This document shows positions 62,501 through 64,000 of a DNA stretch of 64,000 bases, piece by piece; positions within the stretch are counted from its first letter, which is position 1; the number at the start of each line of letters is the position of its first letter. Both the position numbers and the translations under genes were made by a program. The stretch comes from an uncultured Methylomirabilota bacterium (GTDB lineage: Bacteria > Methylomirabilota > Methylomirabilia > Methylomirabilales > 2-02-FULL-66-22): contig CAWJSJ010000001.1 of assembly GCA_963845565.1 (NCBI GenBank), positions 640,001 to 704,000 of the forward strand. The letters are read 5' to 3'. Under the pieces are notes generated by a model that saw nothing but the letters and a program-made list of their open reading frames with translations, was not told the origin of the DNA and did no database searches.

Positions 62501-64000
62501 AGCTCATCTCGCCGCCGCCGCACCACGACATTTACTCGATCGAGGATCTGGCGCAGCTCATCTACGACCTGAAGAACGCCAACCCGGAGGCGCGGGTGAG
62601 CGTGAAGCTCGTTTCCGAGATCGGGGTGGGGACGGTGGCTGCCGGGGTCAGCAAGGCCCACGCGGACGTCGTCCTGATCAGCGGGCACGACGGGGGCACG
62701 GGCGCGTCGCCGCTCACCGCCATCAAGCATTCCGGGGTCCCGTGGGAGCTGGGTTTGGCTGAAACGCAGCAGGTCCTGGTTCTGAACAGGCTGCGGGATC
62801 GGATCATCGTCCAGACCGACGGACAGCTCAAGACCGGGCGCGACGTGGTGATCGCGGCACTCCTGGGCGCCGAGGAGTTTGGATTCGCCACGGCCCCGCT
62901 GGTCGTCATGGGCTGCGTCATGATGCGCGTGTGTCACCTCAACACCTGCCCGGTGGGCGTGGCCACCCAGGATCCCGAGCTTCGCAAGCGGTTCACAGGG
63001 AAGCCGGAGTACGTCGAGCGCTTCTTCCGCTTCATTGCGCAAGAGGTGCGCGAGTATATGGCGCAGCTCGGGTTCCGCACGGTGAACGAGATGATCGGCC
63101 GCTCGGATCGCCTCGAGACGCGGAAGGCCGTCGAGCACTGGAAAGCCAAGGGGCTCGATTTCTCCAAGATCCTGGCGCGGCCCGAGGTCGGACCCGACGT
63201 CGCCGTGCGTCGGGTGGTGCCCCAGGAACACGGCCTGGACAAGGCTCTGGACCATGTGTTGGTCGGTCGCTGCGCAGCGGCGCTGGAGCACGGGACGCCA
63301 GTGGCTCTGGAGTTGCCCATCAAGAACGTCAACCGGACCGTCGGGACAATCCTCGGGTATCACCTCACGAAGCGGTACGGCGGCAGCGGGCTTCCGGATG
63401 ACACGATCCGCATTCGGTTCACTGGGTCCGCCGGCCAGAGTTTCGGGGCGTTCGTTCCCTGTGGTATCACCATGGTCCTGGAAGGGGACGCCAACGACTA
63501 TTTCGGCAAGGGGTTGTCGGGCGGCCGCCTGATCGTGTTCCCGCCGTCGGTTTCGCCCTTCCTGGCCGAGGAGAACATCCTGGTCGGGAATGTTGCCCTC
63601 TATGGTGCCACCTCGGGTGAGGCCTTCCTCCGAGGCGTGGCAGGGGAGCGGTTCTGTGTTCGGAACAGTGGCGCGCACGCGGTGGTCGAGGGCGTGGGGG
63701 ATCACGGCTGCGAATACATGACCGGCGGGCGTGTTGTGATCCTGGGCGCGACAGGTCGGAACTTCGCGGCCGGCATGAGCGGCGGGATCGCGTACGTCCT
63801 GGACGAGGCGGGAGACTTCGCGCGGCGGTGCAACCGGGAACTGGTGGACCTCGAGCCACTGGAGGACGCGGAGGATATCGCGCTGGTTCTCGCGCTCATC
63901 CGCAAGCATTCGGAGCACACTCAGAGTAATCGCGCGGCCAAGGTGCTGGCTGCGTGGGACGCTCTTCGGGCGAAGTTCGTCAAGATCATGCCGCGGGATT
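59524..64000 (+). CDS. gltB: Glutamate synthase large subunit (3' end outside window)
   Basis: Absent from the ORF track because it has no stop in the window. [69 protein letters not shown]. First and last codons are in the same frame. Confidence 0.97.
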   Translation, partial: MAHPDLPRQQGLYDPDYEHDSCGVGFVVDIAGRKSHRIVEQALTILKNLLHRGACGCEANTGDGAGILLQIPDAFFRRECARLGIALPRPKEYGVGMVSLPTDANDRVACQALFDRIVRDEGQIPLGWRDVRTDRGPIGDTARRNEPVFRQIFIGRGGSLRDAAQFERTLYLIRKRMENGILTSGLEQKNYFYVGSLSCNTIVYKGMLSADQIEAYFPDITDPTVESALALVHQRFSTNTFPTWSLAHPFRYLAHNGEINTLRGNINWMRARERLFESDLFGDRIRDLLPVIREGGSDSAMLDNALEMLVMCGRSLPHAVMMLIPEAWNKHESMSAEKKAFYEYHSCLMEPWDGPASISFTDGTVIGAVLDRNGLRPSRYYVTRDNLLILASEVGVLDIPPEDIVLKERLHPGRMLLVDTAQGRIIDDAELKRTIASEQPYGEWLRQHAAHINDLPAAPVHAPDHQTVLQRQQAFGYTHEDLRIIMAPMATRGEEPIGSMGNDTSLAVLSDRPRMLYDYFKQLFAQVTNPPLDAIREELVTSIESTVGPERNLLRPEPESCRQITIPSPILSNEETAKLRHITSHGFRSLTLPMLFPAAEGKRGLVRALEALCQKVSQAIERGYSIVVLSDRGVDLEHAPIPALLATAGVHHYLIRKGMRTTVGLVIETGEAREVHHCALLMGYGAGAINPYLAFETLDDMLAQGGLPDDLTHEKAVKNYVKGLNKGLLKVMSKMGISTIQSYCGAQIFEAVGLNEEFVNEYFTWTASRVGGVGLEVIAEEVLRRHRRAFPDRLIRKPDLEWGGEYQWRQDGENHLFNPDTVFKLQHACRSGQYGVFKEYSQLVNDQSRRLYTLRGLLEFAPAATPIPLEEVEPVESIVKRFATGAMSYGSISQEAHETLAIAMNRLGGRSNTGEGGEDSARFVRDPNGDWRRSAVKQVASGRFGVTSEYLVNAEELQIKMAQGAKPGEGGQLPGHKVYPWIAKVRHSMPGVQLISPPPHHDIYSIEDLAQLIYDLKNANPEARVSVKLVSEIGVGTVAAGVSKAHADVVLISGHDGGTGASPLTAIKHSGVPWELGLAETQQVLVLNRLRDRIIVQTDGQLKTGRDVVIAALLGAEEFGFATAPLVVMGCVMMRVCHLNTCPVGVATQDPELRKRFTGKPEYVERFFRFIAQEVREYMAQLGFRTVNEMIGRSDRLETRKAVEHWKAKGLDFSKILARPEVGPDVAVRRVVPQEHGLDKALDHVLVGRCAAALEHGTPVALELPIKNVNRTVGTILGYHLTKRYGGSGLPDDTIRIRFTGSAGQSFGAFVPCGITMVLEGDANDYFGKGLSGGRLIVFPPSVSPFLAEENILVGNVALYGATSGEAFLRGVAGERFCVRNSGAHAVVEGVGDHGCEYMTGGRVVILGATGRNFAAGMSGGIAYVLDEAGDFARRCNRELVDLEPLEDAEDIALVLALIRKHSEHTQSNRAAKVLAAWDALRAKFVKIMPRD

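Overview
GC-rich bacterial chromosome segment. The gene order lysS-lolE-lolD-clpC-bamA-skp-lpxD and the intergenic repeat style suggest a diderm of the Methylomirabilota/Nitrospirota/Acidobacteriota type; this is inference only. 1-21.7 kb: an envelope/LPS cluster (lolE/D, clpC, bamA, skp, lpxD, fabZ, lpxI, GnnA-like oxidoreductase, lpxB, DUF374 acyltransferase, waaA, lpxK, a waaF-gmhB fusion, a second heptosyltransferase, an epimerase and an SDR), with no lpxA or msbA at their usual positions. 21.8-34 kb: TPP riboswitch plus CytX-like permease, panE-like reductase, metH, class V aminotransferase, Nramp-like transporter, DSD1-family PLP enzyme, DUF420 and an IolI-like isomerase. 34-44.7 kb: a 2.1 kb segment (rhodanese, membrane protein, RNase Z-like) bracketed by two near-identical ~105 bp inverted repeats; then an isolated nuoB-nuoI pair, moaA, 2-oxoacid dehydrogenase E1a/E1b/E2 without E3, MITE-like elements, an IS91-family remnant, an RHH-PIN toxin-antitoxin pair and a dif-like 28-mer. 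44.7-58.2 kb: a divergent catabolic region of unknown substrate (sugar ABC plus atypical IlvD-family dehydratase; LIV-type ABC plus URO-D-like protein, FGGY kinase and shikimate-kinase-like protein). 58.3-64 kb: LysR divergent from gltB, which runs off the window. Seven genes carry single-base frameshifts; six are +1 and are most likely sequencing errors. No rRNA, tRNA or CRISPR array was seen.
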